This document shows positions 47,668 to 58,949 of a stretch of 64,000 nucleotides of DNA, in pieces. Source of the stretch: Tetramitus jugosus (lineage: Eukaryota; Protista; Heterolobosea); contig OW569368.1 of NCBI GenBank assembly GCA_937625935.1, positions 424,978-488,977 on the forward strand, in the 5' to 3' direction. Every line of letters starts with the position of its first letter. The first letter of the stretch is position 1. A program made the position numbers and the translations under genes. The notes beneath the pieces are model-generated. The model saw only the letters and a list, made by a program, of their open reading frames with translations. It was not told the DNA's origin and did no database searches.

Positions 47668-49742
47668 TTGGCAAGTCAGCATTATAATGCAGGCATACCC
47701 AACAAAGCATTCCTCAAACAATCTCTAACCATTGGAATAGAAGCTTTCGATAACAATTATCGTATGAATTGTACGAGAAGCATGGGTACAATGCTCGTGT
47801 TTATGCTCTCATTCATATCCATTATTTGTATTATTAGTATGGCTGCTCTCGGATTCTACGGCTCAAACATTAGGAGACAAACGAAGACGGCAAGAGATCA
47901 ATCCTTCAAGCAAGTTCATGATTTTATCGATAGTAGCATATCGCAACACACAGTGTCGTCGTCTGCCTTCCAAAGCAATCTCATTAACACGAACAATGAC
48001 CTAAGTGGTGCACTTGAGTTCACATTGCTCATGACGAGATCCATTTACAATGATTCGGACTTTACGATCGATGCCTACTATGGAAACAATAAGGGAGATC
48101 AAGTCGGTGTTATTGCCTTTAATCCTACTTCTCCAGTCGACGTCTACCAATTGTTTGCCAATGAGTCAAGATTCCAACACAACTATCTTCCAAACATCTT
48201 TACAGGATCACTACAAGATGCACTGGCCACCACACCAGAGTTCAACAATACTTCAGAGTGGGATAAGTTTGGAGTATTTTATCAAGCTGCCAATACTTCA
48301 AGAACTCCTTCTTGGACACTATCCTATGCTCAGTACTCTTTCCCTGGTGCTTTGTTCATGTCATTCATCACTCCAGTGTATGATCCAGTGACTAACGTCA
48401 TGCAATCCTTTTTGGGCAGTGATATCTCTACTGAGGCTTTGGCCTTTTACCTAGGAGCAAGCGCAAAAGAGTGGTCAAGTACAGTTGTTATCGTTGAGAG
48501 ATCTACTGGTTTCCTCCTCAGTACAAGTGATCCTTACTTCCAGGTTTACACAAACGACGGTTCTGTTATTGAAAGAATGGACGGAACAACAGGAAGCAAT
48601 GATTTGATTACAACAATGATGACTTACTCGCATAAGACATTTGGGTCAAAGATGGAAAAAGTTAACAGCTGGGCCTATGGAACATTCAGATACCAGGGTA
48701 GAGTCATGCTTTTGAACATTGGTGAATTTAAGGATAACTATGGCTTGGATTGGTTAATTTTGCAAGCTGTACCAAGAGACATCTTCTTCAAGGATTTTAA
48801 GATTGCAATCGGAACAATGGTTGGTTTGACATTTGTCCTTTTGATTGCAGGTGTCGTTATATCCTTTGTGGCATCCATAATGTTCTTGGCACCGCTAAAG
48901 CGATTGTCAGCTCTCGCTGAAACCATCAAGCTGCTAAGATTGGAAGAGGTCGAAAGAAAGTTGGTTAGCGATGTGTCATACTTCTCTGAAATTAGAAGTT
49001 TGCAGAGATCGTTCGGATCCATGTCTCTTCGATTGAAACAATTCAGACAATTCATTCCAGATCACATTCTTGCTGTCATTGAAACTGAAGTAGCTCACAA
49101 GGAAATTCTCAGAGTTGAAACTTTGTCTGCATCTATCCAGAAGGGTTCATCCAAGGAGTCCTCTTTGAAGAGGGGTGAAGTCGAGTTGAATACCATCTCA
49201 GACAGTGTCTCCGATACTCGTTTCTCGTCTCATTCTGCCAATTATCACTCCAAGGATTTAATCGCTAATGCTTTGACTTCTGGTTTGGTGAGTGGAACTG
49301 TATCCGTGTTGACTCTAGAGTTTGATGACTTGTCTGAGCTTTTGGAATCTTATTCAAGTTGAACAAGTCATGGGGAACAAGAATCATTTGTTCTCATGAT
49401 ATTTATCAAGCTGTCAAGGATTCGTTCTTCCTACGTCCTCTTGATACCATTGGTGATGATACCTTGATTTATGAATTGGGAGAAGCAAGAAACACTGATG
49501 AGTGGACCCAGGAGTTGTCACAAGAAGTTTCAAGAGAAACTGATCTCTGGTTCGATTACTCGAGGGCATACAAGTTCTATGAAAAGAGAGAATACGATCA
49601 GGCATATGAAATCTTTAGTGACTACTTGAGCAAACATCCATATGATGTTGTGGCTCAGAAGATGGTTGACCGATCAAGACGAATGACAGAGAATCAATTT
49701 GATGATGAGAGCAGCAAGCAAAAATCAGAAATAAATGAGTAA
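47668..49742 (+). pseudogene. Receptor adenylate/guanylate cyclase (TM-Cache-TM-HAMP-cyclase) with most of the cyclase domain deleted
   Basis: Cache-like PSWT..Y; HAMP PLKRL...SEIRSLQRSF..M...L.QF..FIP; cyclase start VSVLTLEF joined out of frame to cyclase end LNKSWGTRIICS..IY..VKD.F.LRPLD. Confidence 0.75.
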
Positions 49743-50723
49743 TCGACAGTCTTCATAATCAGAAATCAGAATGGGAACATTATCGAACTGATCGGTTGAC
49801 TCCAGAACATCGGTTTGGTTGTCTTGGAACGAAAACTCATTGTGTGATAGATTCTCTATCTCTTGATCAACAGATTGTTGTTGCATGTTCTCGTTGATTT
49901 GATCCTTTAACTCATTCAATTGGTTCTTTGTCTGGGTACATGTAGGGTTTATCTCCAATAATTCCTCACACGCTTTGACTGCTTCATCGAGTTTCTTCAA
50001 AGTTGTGAATATGGTAATGAGAGAACGATAAATGCTGACTTGTTCTTCCTTGTGTTCACCAGGAGAGCATAAATCAAGTGCCTTGTTCAAGAATTCAATA
50101 GCTTTCTCATTCTTGTTCATTGAAGATTTAATCTTGGCCGCAAGCATGAAATCCTTGATAGAGTAATTCGTTTCATCTACTGAAGAACTAATTGACTTAT
50201 CCAAGTAAGTGTCGGCCTTTTCAAACTCTTCCTTACTGAAGAAAGTGGCCGCAAGGTTCCAATAGAGAGTTTCATTGAGGTCCTCATCATCAACAATATT
50301 CTCTGACCTTTTATCATAGGTTGTAAGAGCTTTAGAGCTGTTTCCACTCAGAAGGTAACAAAGAGTCAAAACCTTATTGGCTCTATAGTAGTACACTGTT
50401 CTCGGATGATTATCCTTGTGTCTTCCCTTGCCAATACCTTTCAAGTACAGTTGGGCTTCCTCGTAACGCTCCAATCTAAAGAGTGATTGACCCCTAGAAA
50501 ATGAATCACGTGATTCACTTAAAAAGGCCCACGCATCCTGATCCCCCTGAGTTTTCCGGAGACATTCAGCCATGTTTTTTTCTACCTCACAATGTATTCT
50601 TTTGCTCTCTTTAATGACCTTACCATAGCAATGGATTGCTTTTCCATACTCTGAGAGCTCATAATAACATCTTTTGAGCTTCAGAAAGGAATGAGAGAGT
50701 GTTATGGAAGTACACAGTCCCAA
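49725..50723 (-). CDS. TPR-repeat protein, probably 5'-truncated or degenerate
   Basis: TPR patterns (YGKAIHCYGK, EKAIEFLNKALDL, LDEAVKACEELLEINP); no clear ATG start. Confidence 0.6.
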   Translation of the reverse strand: MGLCTSITLSHSFLKLKRCYYELSEYGKAIHCYGKVIKESKRIHCEVEKNMAECLRKTQGDQDAWAFLSESRDSFSRGQSLFRLERYEEAQLYLKGIGKGRHKDNHPRTVYYYRANKVLTLCYLLSGNSSKALTTYDKRSENIVDDEDLNETLYWNLAATFFSKEEFEKADTYLDKSISSSVDETNYSIKDFMLAAKIKSSMNKNEKAIEFLNKALDLCSPGEHKEEQVSIYRSLITIFTTLKKLDEAVKACEELLEINPTCTQTKNQLNELKDQINENMQQQSVDQEIENLSHNEFSFQDNQTDVLESTDQFDNVPILISDYEDCRLLIYF

Positions 50724-50747
50724 GCGAACCCAGAGTTAATTCGTCTG

Positions 50748-51071
50748 CAGAGTTTTACTGAATGATCCATCGAAGCGTTCGTTTTATAGTCTATCTCAAA
50801 TTTATGTTGTTGTTTGTTGCGAAAATGTGGATGACTGGTTACGAACCAGTTGAATTCAATAAACCAATATTCTGTGAGAGGGAATTATGACCCCTCAGTT
50901 CTTGCCAAGCTGTGAGATAAGATTTCTGGAAGTAGAATGGCAGGCAACAAATTGAGAGAAAAAACTTGCGCTGTTCGATGAGCTGTGATTCAATATTGAG
51001 TTCAACTGAGTCTTCTATCTAGTGAGAGCTAGGACCACTCACGCTTCGATGGATCATTCAGTAAAACTCTG
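50748..51071. repeat. Perfect 31-bp inverted repeat pair enclosing 262 bp
   Basis: CAGAGTTTTACTGAATGATCCATCGAAGCGT (50748-50778) is the exact reverse complement of 51041-51071. Confidence 0.9.
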
Positions 51072-51355
51072 TCCAACAACAAAGAAGCTACAAACAAACA
51101 ACAACATAAGCTGGGAATAAGAAAGAGTGCTGTTTACAATTGTTTATCCAACAAGAATAGGAAAGTTAGGGACATACATGCCCCAGAAAAGGAAGCATTG
51201 CAACGAGGGATCAACCACCACATACAAGATTTGAGTAGAGATGTTGAATACGACAAGAAAGATTCTACCTTTGCTCTCAGTTCGTCGTCAACCTCTAGCG
51301 GAACAAAAAGAATTTCTAATCCTTACTAGTTCGCATTTTACTTTCTCCCTTACTT

Positions 51356-51806
51356 TCAATTAACAGGCATGAGTTGACCTGATTCATCATCATCTGAGGA
51401 AGAATTGCACCAAAACAACAAAAGTCTTTTGGAATTTTTGTTCTTGAACTCAGCGATTGCATAGAGAACACACCAAGTACTGAAGTGGGCAAAGTAAAAG
51501 AAAATTATCCAGTGTGGTTTGTCCTTGCCCATTATCAAGAAAATAATGGCAGTGATGGGTGCGGTCGGTGTGCTCACAATGGACACTAGTGTGCTACGGT
51601 ACCTTTCAATGATACGAGTGCTCCAGTAGTATACTAATGTTTGCCAGTAGTTGGTAAGTACTGTGCCAGAACAGGAAATGGAAACGATCAACTTGCATGT
51701 TCTGAGTGAACTTTTCTTGTCCAACATTGAGGAAGGCACCAGGTACCTTACCCATTGAGACAAACTCGTACAGGACACCACTATACCAGCCCGCAGTCAA
51801 CCTCAA
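51356..51806 (-). pseudogene. CRT-like (chloroquine-resistance-transporter-like) transporter, C-terminal fragments
   Basis: VPGAFLNVGQEKF...VDRFHFLFWHSTYQLL and a later TM segment resemble CRT-like DMT proteins; frameshifted. Confidence 0.55.
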
Positions 51807-52616
51807 CCATTATCACAAGCAGTGAGTGATCTAGTGAATATGAAGTCCGGATTCAATCTTGGTCGATCGTCGGGAAAGATTGTTAAACCAGCATCGTCAT
51901 TGAAACGTAAAACGCTGAATAATTCATTGAAATCCAAAAGTGCGATAGACTCGACTGAACTATCAGAACCTGCAACACCAAACCACAATCATTCTCAACT
52001 ACTATCACAAACAGTGAATGGTCTATCGGAGCCAGCAAATAACCAACAGAACAACCGAAAGCAATCGGTGGCAACACGATTAGCGCTGAAACACAAAATA
52101 TAAGGTCAAAGTCGAGGAAACGACGATGGGGTGAGTGGAATCATGTGGAAAATGAGGATGAGGAAGATGTAGAAGAGGTAGAAGAAGGAGGAGAGCGTAA
52201 GAGAGTAAAGATAACCCCCTCAGGGAAAGTGATTCAATGGAGGGTACCCAACCCCCTTCGGGAGTGAGAGTTGGAAGTGCCAAAAGAAAATACGTCATGT
52301 CTCCTGACTGCATGGACATTATGTATAAGACAGTGAGACACGTGGTATTTTTGTTCAGCAAGAACGAACCAGATGATAACTCGTTGGAGAACGTAATACA
52401 GTATCTTATAGAGCTCATGGGTGGGGATTGATTGGAGGCACCGTTACTGAATATTATTGTTCGTCATTGATGCACACAAACAGTGTGGAGAATATTTGGT
52501 GAACTCTCATCGAGATTTGGTCACAACAAAAAATGAATAAAGACAGGAAATGTGAATGGCCTCTTTACTAATTCCGTGGCTTCTGTTCGACAATCTCAGC
52601 ACTTTGCTGTCTCCCT

Positions 52617-54792
52617 TCAATTCGGCTCTTGCATTTCAACGATTGATAATCTTCCTGCAATCGCTCTTCCATACAATGTAGCGAAATCAGATCTTGAAAC
52701 TTTGAAGCAATAACAATTTCGTTGAACTGGAATTTTGTCAACAACTGATGGCCAGTCCAAGTTGGTTAGTATGAGATAAAATTTTGGTATCGATGCATAG
52801 TTCGCTTCTTTTCGTTCTCCCTTCTCAATCGCATTCATTGTCTTTTCCACCTCTTCTTTGATGAGTGTATTGGTAATTCCTTTTTTGAAAGACTTGGTAA
52901 GCTTCGCCTGAATAAACATGTTCAATGGTGATGGAGGTGGAAATAGAAACACAACATCAACAGCAGCACCATCAGCATTTAAAGCAGTAATCGGTTTCAG
53001 AGGATAAGCCATGTGTGTTTCTGCATATCTGCTCGCAAGCTTGTCACTTATCTGAATTGGAACTTTTGGCAGTTCAATCTTTACCTCATTCAATATGTTT
53101 GGGTAATCACTCAAGCTTGTTACATTCCCAAGTAACTCTGTCATGAACATCTCACTTTTACCCAACATTATAGCACTGTTAATCCTCAAGGTATAGTAGT
53201 AGAGTCCAAATCTTTCGAGGTCTTGCCAATCAATCGGACCCATCAGAATGTCGAGAAGATTCCTCAATGGTGCAAAATACAAAATATTTCGGTTCAATCT
53301 TGAGCAGTAGTCATACAACCATGCAACAGGCAAATCTATTATGTAGTGGTCATTCCCAGCCGACGAAAGAATCACGAATCCTTCATTCTCCAAGTAGTCA
53401 AGCGTTTTTCGTTCTGGTAAACCCACCTCCAGTGGTTCAGTTTTCCTCAATGGGCTTCTTAACGCCCAATAAGATAATATCATTGTAGGATCAGTAACCA
53501 CCCCCAGAGGATATTTTTGGTTGATTTCTAAAATGGTTTTGCTTATCACCGACTCCATCAGCTGTTTAGAAGGACTGTCAAAATTCAAATGAGGGCCACA
53601 AGATAGAAAACAGTTAAACATGTATTCAATAGATCTTGGATGGCCTCCCAGAATGGCACTAAGAATATGACTCCCTACTCTCTGCACAATCGATTGAAAG
53701 TTTTGAAAGTAAGGGAGTTTCATTGCTTTGTCAATCACTTGCTTTGTTTCTTCATATGTCAGTAAATTCATTGGAATCTTATGACTGACGTAAAATGAGG
53801 AAGTAAACACATTAGCAAATTGTACACTACTTGTTCCTGCAAAAAGAACATGTGCAAAAATGTCTCTTTTGCAAAGGAGTGATCCACATTGGTCCACAAT
53901 AAGTTTTAAATACTCCCGTGCCCCAGCATATCTCAAAAGTGAAGTGTATTCATCAACTCCAATGATGATATCACGTTTGTTAGTTTTTTCTAAAATGTAA
54001 TTGACGGCCATTGATACACTCAGAGGAGCATTTAACTCGAGAAACTTGTCAATCACATGTGAGATACAAACACCAGGAAGGAAATGAAAAGCCAAAATTC
54101 TAGCAGCAAATGAAGTGATAAGACGATTCTGAGATTTAGCTTTCTCAATACTTTGGAGTGCAAACCTTTCCTGATCTGTCAGATTGTTCCCGTTATGAAA
54201 TGTCATGTTAACAGTGATCGCATCTTCTAAAAAACGTTGTACTTTCTCTAACTCCTTACTGGAGGTATTCTTACAATATTTAAGTAATACTTTCTGTTGT
54301 TCATAGAGGTATCTCGTTTTTCCTAAACCACCACAACAAGCAATGTATGGTACAGTATTTTGTAATCGATCTGTCAAATTAGAGTTGATTCTATGAGAAA
54401 GATGACCAAGTATTGCCTTTGTTGTTTCATCTCTTCCAACAAATGGTAATTCCAGTGCAATAGTTGAAATAAATGAGGAATATCTTTCATCACTTCTAAA
54501 ACTAGCAATCACTTTATCAATCTCCTCCGTCATCAGCTCTCTCGTTGGTCCTGTCATGTGTGTATACAATGTTAGAAAAAGAGGATTTGTCTGCAATTCA
54601 ATAATTGAGAGATAGACACATACCTTTGGACTCTAAAATCAGGGAGTCTCTTTCTTTTTCAATTCTTTCCATTTCTTGTCTCATCTCATTTTTTTCTTTT
54701 TCAATTATTTCTCTTTCTTGTCTCTCTCTTGCCAATTGTTCCTCGAGTTCTTTCATGCGCCTGAGTACAGTTTCATTCATCCCTGACATCAT
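52617..54792 (-). CDS. Crinkler/RHS-type effector-like P-loop NTPase + restriction-endonuclease-fold protein; intron 54551-54623; 5' end uncertain
   Basis: LPFVGRDE, Walker A GGLGKT, Walker B IIIGVDE, GGHPRSIE, N..GAAVD...FIQAK (PD-(D/E/Q)xK-like); GTATGT...CTAAC...CAG intron restores the frame (ESK-GPTREL). Confidence 0.75.
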
Positions 54793-55199
54793 TATTGCTT
54801 TCTTGTTTCTGTTCTCTTCTTTTTGTTTGATTTTCTTCGCGTTTCGACGCGGATAAACTATTAATAGGAACGATTACAAAAAATGCCTTTTCGCTTCACA
54901 TCGTCGAAGATTTCCTGAGTTCGTTGTACGCCTCTGTAGATTTTTTGTCATAGAATAAGTTTGTCCTTTCATCATAAATCAACACTAAGCTATATCTCTC
55001 CCTGGCATCCGTTGTTGCGACGTCATCAGCGCTACGCAATACACCCCTTCCGTTGGCACCGATTTTAATCAATTGGAAAACAGCAGAGTAAGTCCGATAT
55101 GGTCTTATATAATAGTCTCCGGGGTTAGTGGGCATAGTTCGGATGTATGATTTTTCATCCGGAACGATGAGGCCAAACGATGATGATGTAAAGGGAGTT

Positions 55200-55765
55200 T
55201 GTTACTATCTATCATGTTTGACAGGGCACCATTGATCAGACCGACTAATAGTACATGTACGTTATATGCACGCATCAAAACGCTGTATTATTGTATGTTG
55301 ACTGGATGACTTTCAGAACGAGCACTCAGATTATCCAGAATTGATGAGAATGATCGAGTGAACAGTTGGGTATAATAATTTGGTTCACTGTCTTGGTACC
55401 AACATCCGTTCTATTACAAAAGTAGAAAAGGAATGGAAAGTCGATTTGTTTTCCATGTATATGAATGCTATTGTGAATCAACAAGGTCAAGCGGGAGTGA
55501 TTGACCTTTGAGGTAGGTGGACGATAGATCCAGTCTTCCTTGTTGCAGGCAAGCGTGAATAGATGGAGGAGACGACATAGCATCCACCATAAACAAGCAC
55601 GAATGCACACGAGCAGCTCACCAGAATAAAGTAGGGAACAACTGGACAGGCATCAGTCATCAACTTGAAGAAGATGACCTGGATAACCTCAAGTGCAATA
55701 GTTGCAAGTATCAACAACGCAAATGGAAGTGCTTGGAGGATTGAATCTCTTCGTAGATAGTGCAT
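55200..55765 (-). pseudogene. CRT-like transporter, N-terminal fragments
   Basis: VIQVIFFKLMT....PYF TM1-2 and NQIIIP motif resemble CRT-like proteins; several frameshifts. Confidence 0.5.
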
Positions 55766-56271
55766 TAGGTAGTTAGTACTTTGGTTTTCGTTCTCTTATA
55801 CTATCCTAAAATTTCGTTCATAAACGATGTGAGGACAATGCATACTGGGGGGTTTTGTTCCATGTTAGAATTAGAGGAGATGTCACACACATATCATCTT
55901 GACAGATTAGGTGACCTCAGGTTTTGCCCATGCGTGAACACGTTCGGGTATTGGTTCGCGGAAAACAAGTACTATCGGTATCAACGTGAATTGTGACTCT
56001 CAAGGTCATCTTCTGTGTCATCTCACCAACACACCTTTGTTGAAAGACAAGAAGTATTATCTGAGCCGCCAATCGTCATTCGCCATAGAATTGGAGGAAG
56101 TGCCATACCTCACTAGTTCTCCCCATCTTTTCACACTTTTCTGAGAGGAAATTCTACTGCTTCAACTCACTGAGGCATCATATCGTCATTGGCGTTAACT
56201 TTGTAATTTAGTTCATTCCACCAAAGAAATCACATGCATTAGCCAAGATCAGATAACTCTGCGCCCAGGTC

Positions 56272-57255
56272 CTATGTATCTAGAATCAGTCGATTCCAGA
56301 AAGAAGGACGTGAGCGAGCTGATTCCAGCGTAGGAGGGCGAATAGCTTCCCTGATATCATTGTTGATGCGTGTAATACATGTGTCCAGAGCAATGTAGAA
56401 TGGATGCGAGGTGCCAAGCGCTTTGAAATAAGGGATTCCGATGGATGTTACTAATTTCTTCACAAGTGGGGACACAAAAGCCACCGACTTGTACCGTTCA
56501 GTGTTCTGGAGTATATACGTAATTATGGTGGATATTTTGTCTTGCATGTTCAATCTGTACAGATACACCAATAGCATTCCAATGGTTTCATGGTCAGAGG
56601 AGCTAGAGTAGTAATACGTGCTGCTCACTCTCGAACAATATTGAGTCCAAATGCTATCGACAAGATTGTTACACATGAAATAATCGCTTGGTTGTATACT
56701 TGAACCTATGGTTGTCGGTGCAAGTTCTCCAATAAATTTAACACCATTCTCATACAGCAACAGCTTGTACAGACTACATCCGATTTGAAGATTTGTAATG
56801 CCCAATCCTGGCCTCACACCTGTATCAAGCAATTGTTTGACATGATTATTCCACTTTGTGTTATTAATCTTGAATTGAGAGGGATCCAATTGCCAAGAGT
56901 TACGAACATTGTCATCAAACAGTGTTTCTTCTCGACGACCAAAGGGTGATTTCGATGACACAGCAATAATCTCTTTGGCTTGAGATTCAACAAGAGGTAA
57001 ACTAATCATGGAGGGAATACCATTGACAGTAATGGCCGGAACAGCAAAATCAGAAGACAATACGGAACCAACTGCAAAATCACCTGGTCTCGCAACATTT
57101 GTAAACAAACTTTCAAATCGATCAACAATTCTTTCTTCTTCTTCTCCTTCATCTTCACTATCCACTTCGTCATCTTCATTGTCATCTTCCTCTACTCTGC
57201 TTGTTTGATCTTGTTGTTCCTGTTGTGCTTGTGGTGCTTGTGCAGAAACAGGCAC
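56272..57255 (-). pseudogene. 2OG-Fe(II) oxygenase-like protein lacking the catalytic core
   Basis: SPFGRREETLFDDNVRNSWQLDP...N.KW...LYKLLLYENG ends just where the HxD motif should follow. Confidence 0.6.
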
Positions 57256-57705
57256 TGTAAGGTTTAGAGCAGAAGCTGAAGAGGACGAACTGGGTGCTGC
57301 ATTTACCTCTTCTTGACATGAGTGCTCTGGGGAGCAATGGAAACTTCCTGAAATGGCAAATTTTGCACTCCTTGTTGGGCATCGATTGCCGTGTTAGGAT
57401 CAGTTTCAACAGTAGTATCTGGTTGTTCCATCCTCTTCTTGAGCAGGGATATCCTCCATTGTGTCCAAGGTATGTAAAAAAGTTTCAGCTTTGTTTGAGC
57501 TCTCTGTGTTGTGATCTTTTTTTGGAGTGGCGGAGTTATGGCGGATCAGAAAAAGTTCGTCATCCAGCGTATCGCACAAGAGTCGGTATCATGCTATGAA
57601 TATCTATGTTGGTGACGATCATCCATGATGACTCTACACTGTGGTCCACGCACTTTTTTTCGGGAAATTTGTTGAATCGATCACCAAAAAAAGAAGGCAC
57701 ATCCC

Positions 57706-58745
57706 ATGGGCAGAAAACGAAAGACTGTTATTGCATCAACAAAAGAAGAGTGCAAATTGCCAAGGAAGCGCAAGAGATCTGCTCAAGAAGTGAAAGAGAA
57801 GAATAAACAGCACAAACACACGAAACTTTCACTTGAAAAGACTACTCTACAACAATTGCTGGCATTGAAGCAAAAAGAATATCATGATAAGAGCAATTCT
57901 CAGTTCGTGCATGAGTTATTGAACTGTTACGACGAAGTACAGAGATTGAAAGAGCGGTTAGCAGATGTTCACAAAGCTATTGAAAATCCGAAGTGTATTA
58001 TATGCGAAGCTGCTTGCGATGATTTATTTTTCAATAAGATCGAGCAGCTGGCTAAGGTCCAAAGCAATCCACTGACGGATACCAAACTAGAAGCAAGAAA
58101 TAATGGTATTTATTTTAGAGTTCGTCAGTCAGATCATGCCGAAAAGTCTCAGGTGTCAGAGAAATGGAATATCTATCAGCTGCGTTACAGCATGTTCATA
58201 TTTTACCTGCTAGAATCAATGAAGTTGTTGAAACAGTTCTCAGTGTATTGGGTGTGAAAGTGAATGGACTTTTTCCCTCCCTGCAACAGCATATTCTCAT
58301 CACCCACCGCTATGCAATATATTCAGACATGTTGTTCTATTCTACTACTAGTGACCGACAATTTTGTATCAACACAGACGACTTCAGTCGTAATTATAAG
58401 GCGCATCAGGTAGTAGCACTAACATCCTCCAATCAATCTGGTAATATGGAGCATCATACTGCTGATATAGCTAGAATACCATCCAAGACGGTTGAAGCAA
58501 AAGAAAACTCGTTGTTCGAGATACGTGACTACTTCAAGCGAATACATGAACTGATGAGTGGTCACGAAGATATCGAGAGTGATATATTACTGCGTGTGCA
58601 GGCTAAACAGAGTGATAGATTCATTGTGGAACAGTTGCTCGGTGAGCGCATCAATGATCACCTACAGAAGCATGGAAAAAAGTATTTGATCACTGTTTTC
58701 TGCGCTGCACATATCGCAAATACTGCTGTTGAACTTGCCTGTGGG
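57706..58745 (+). mobile_element. Frameshifted, 3'-truncated DDE-type DNA transposase fragment
   Basis: Basic NLS-like N-terminus and coiled coil, then INTDD..R, QSDR and FCAAH (CxxH) pattern; frameshift near 58150; cut by the MITE/telomere junction. Confidence 0.55.
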
Positions 58746-58949
58746 GGGAGCGTCCAGATATTATTTCTTACGCCCTAGGGAGGGGGTCTGAGAAATTTAT
58801 TCAAATATTTATTCATAGGGGGTCTGTTGATCTCAATCCTAGTAGGATAATTAGTCTAACGGTCGAATTTACAGGAAAATGTGTTATTCAAATTTATTCA
58901 AAACAGGCTGGGAGGGGGTCAGTGGTGAATATAATATCTGGACGCTCCC
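58746..58949. mobile_element. 204-bp MITE with perfect 19-bp TIRs
   Basis: GGGAGCGTCCAGATATTAT (58746-58764) and ATAATATCTGGACGCTCCC (58931-58949); GGG on both flanks; internal direct repeats GGGAGGGGGTC and AAATTTATTCAAA. Confidence 0.85.
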
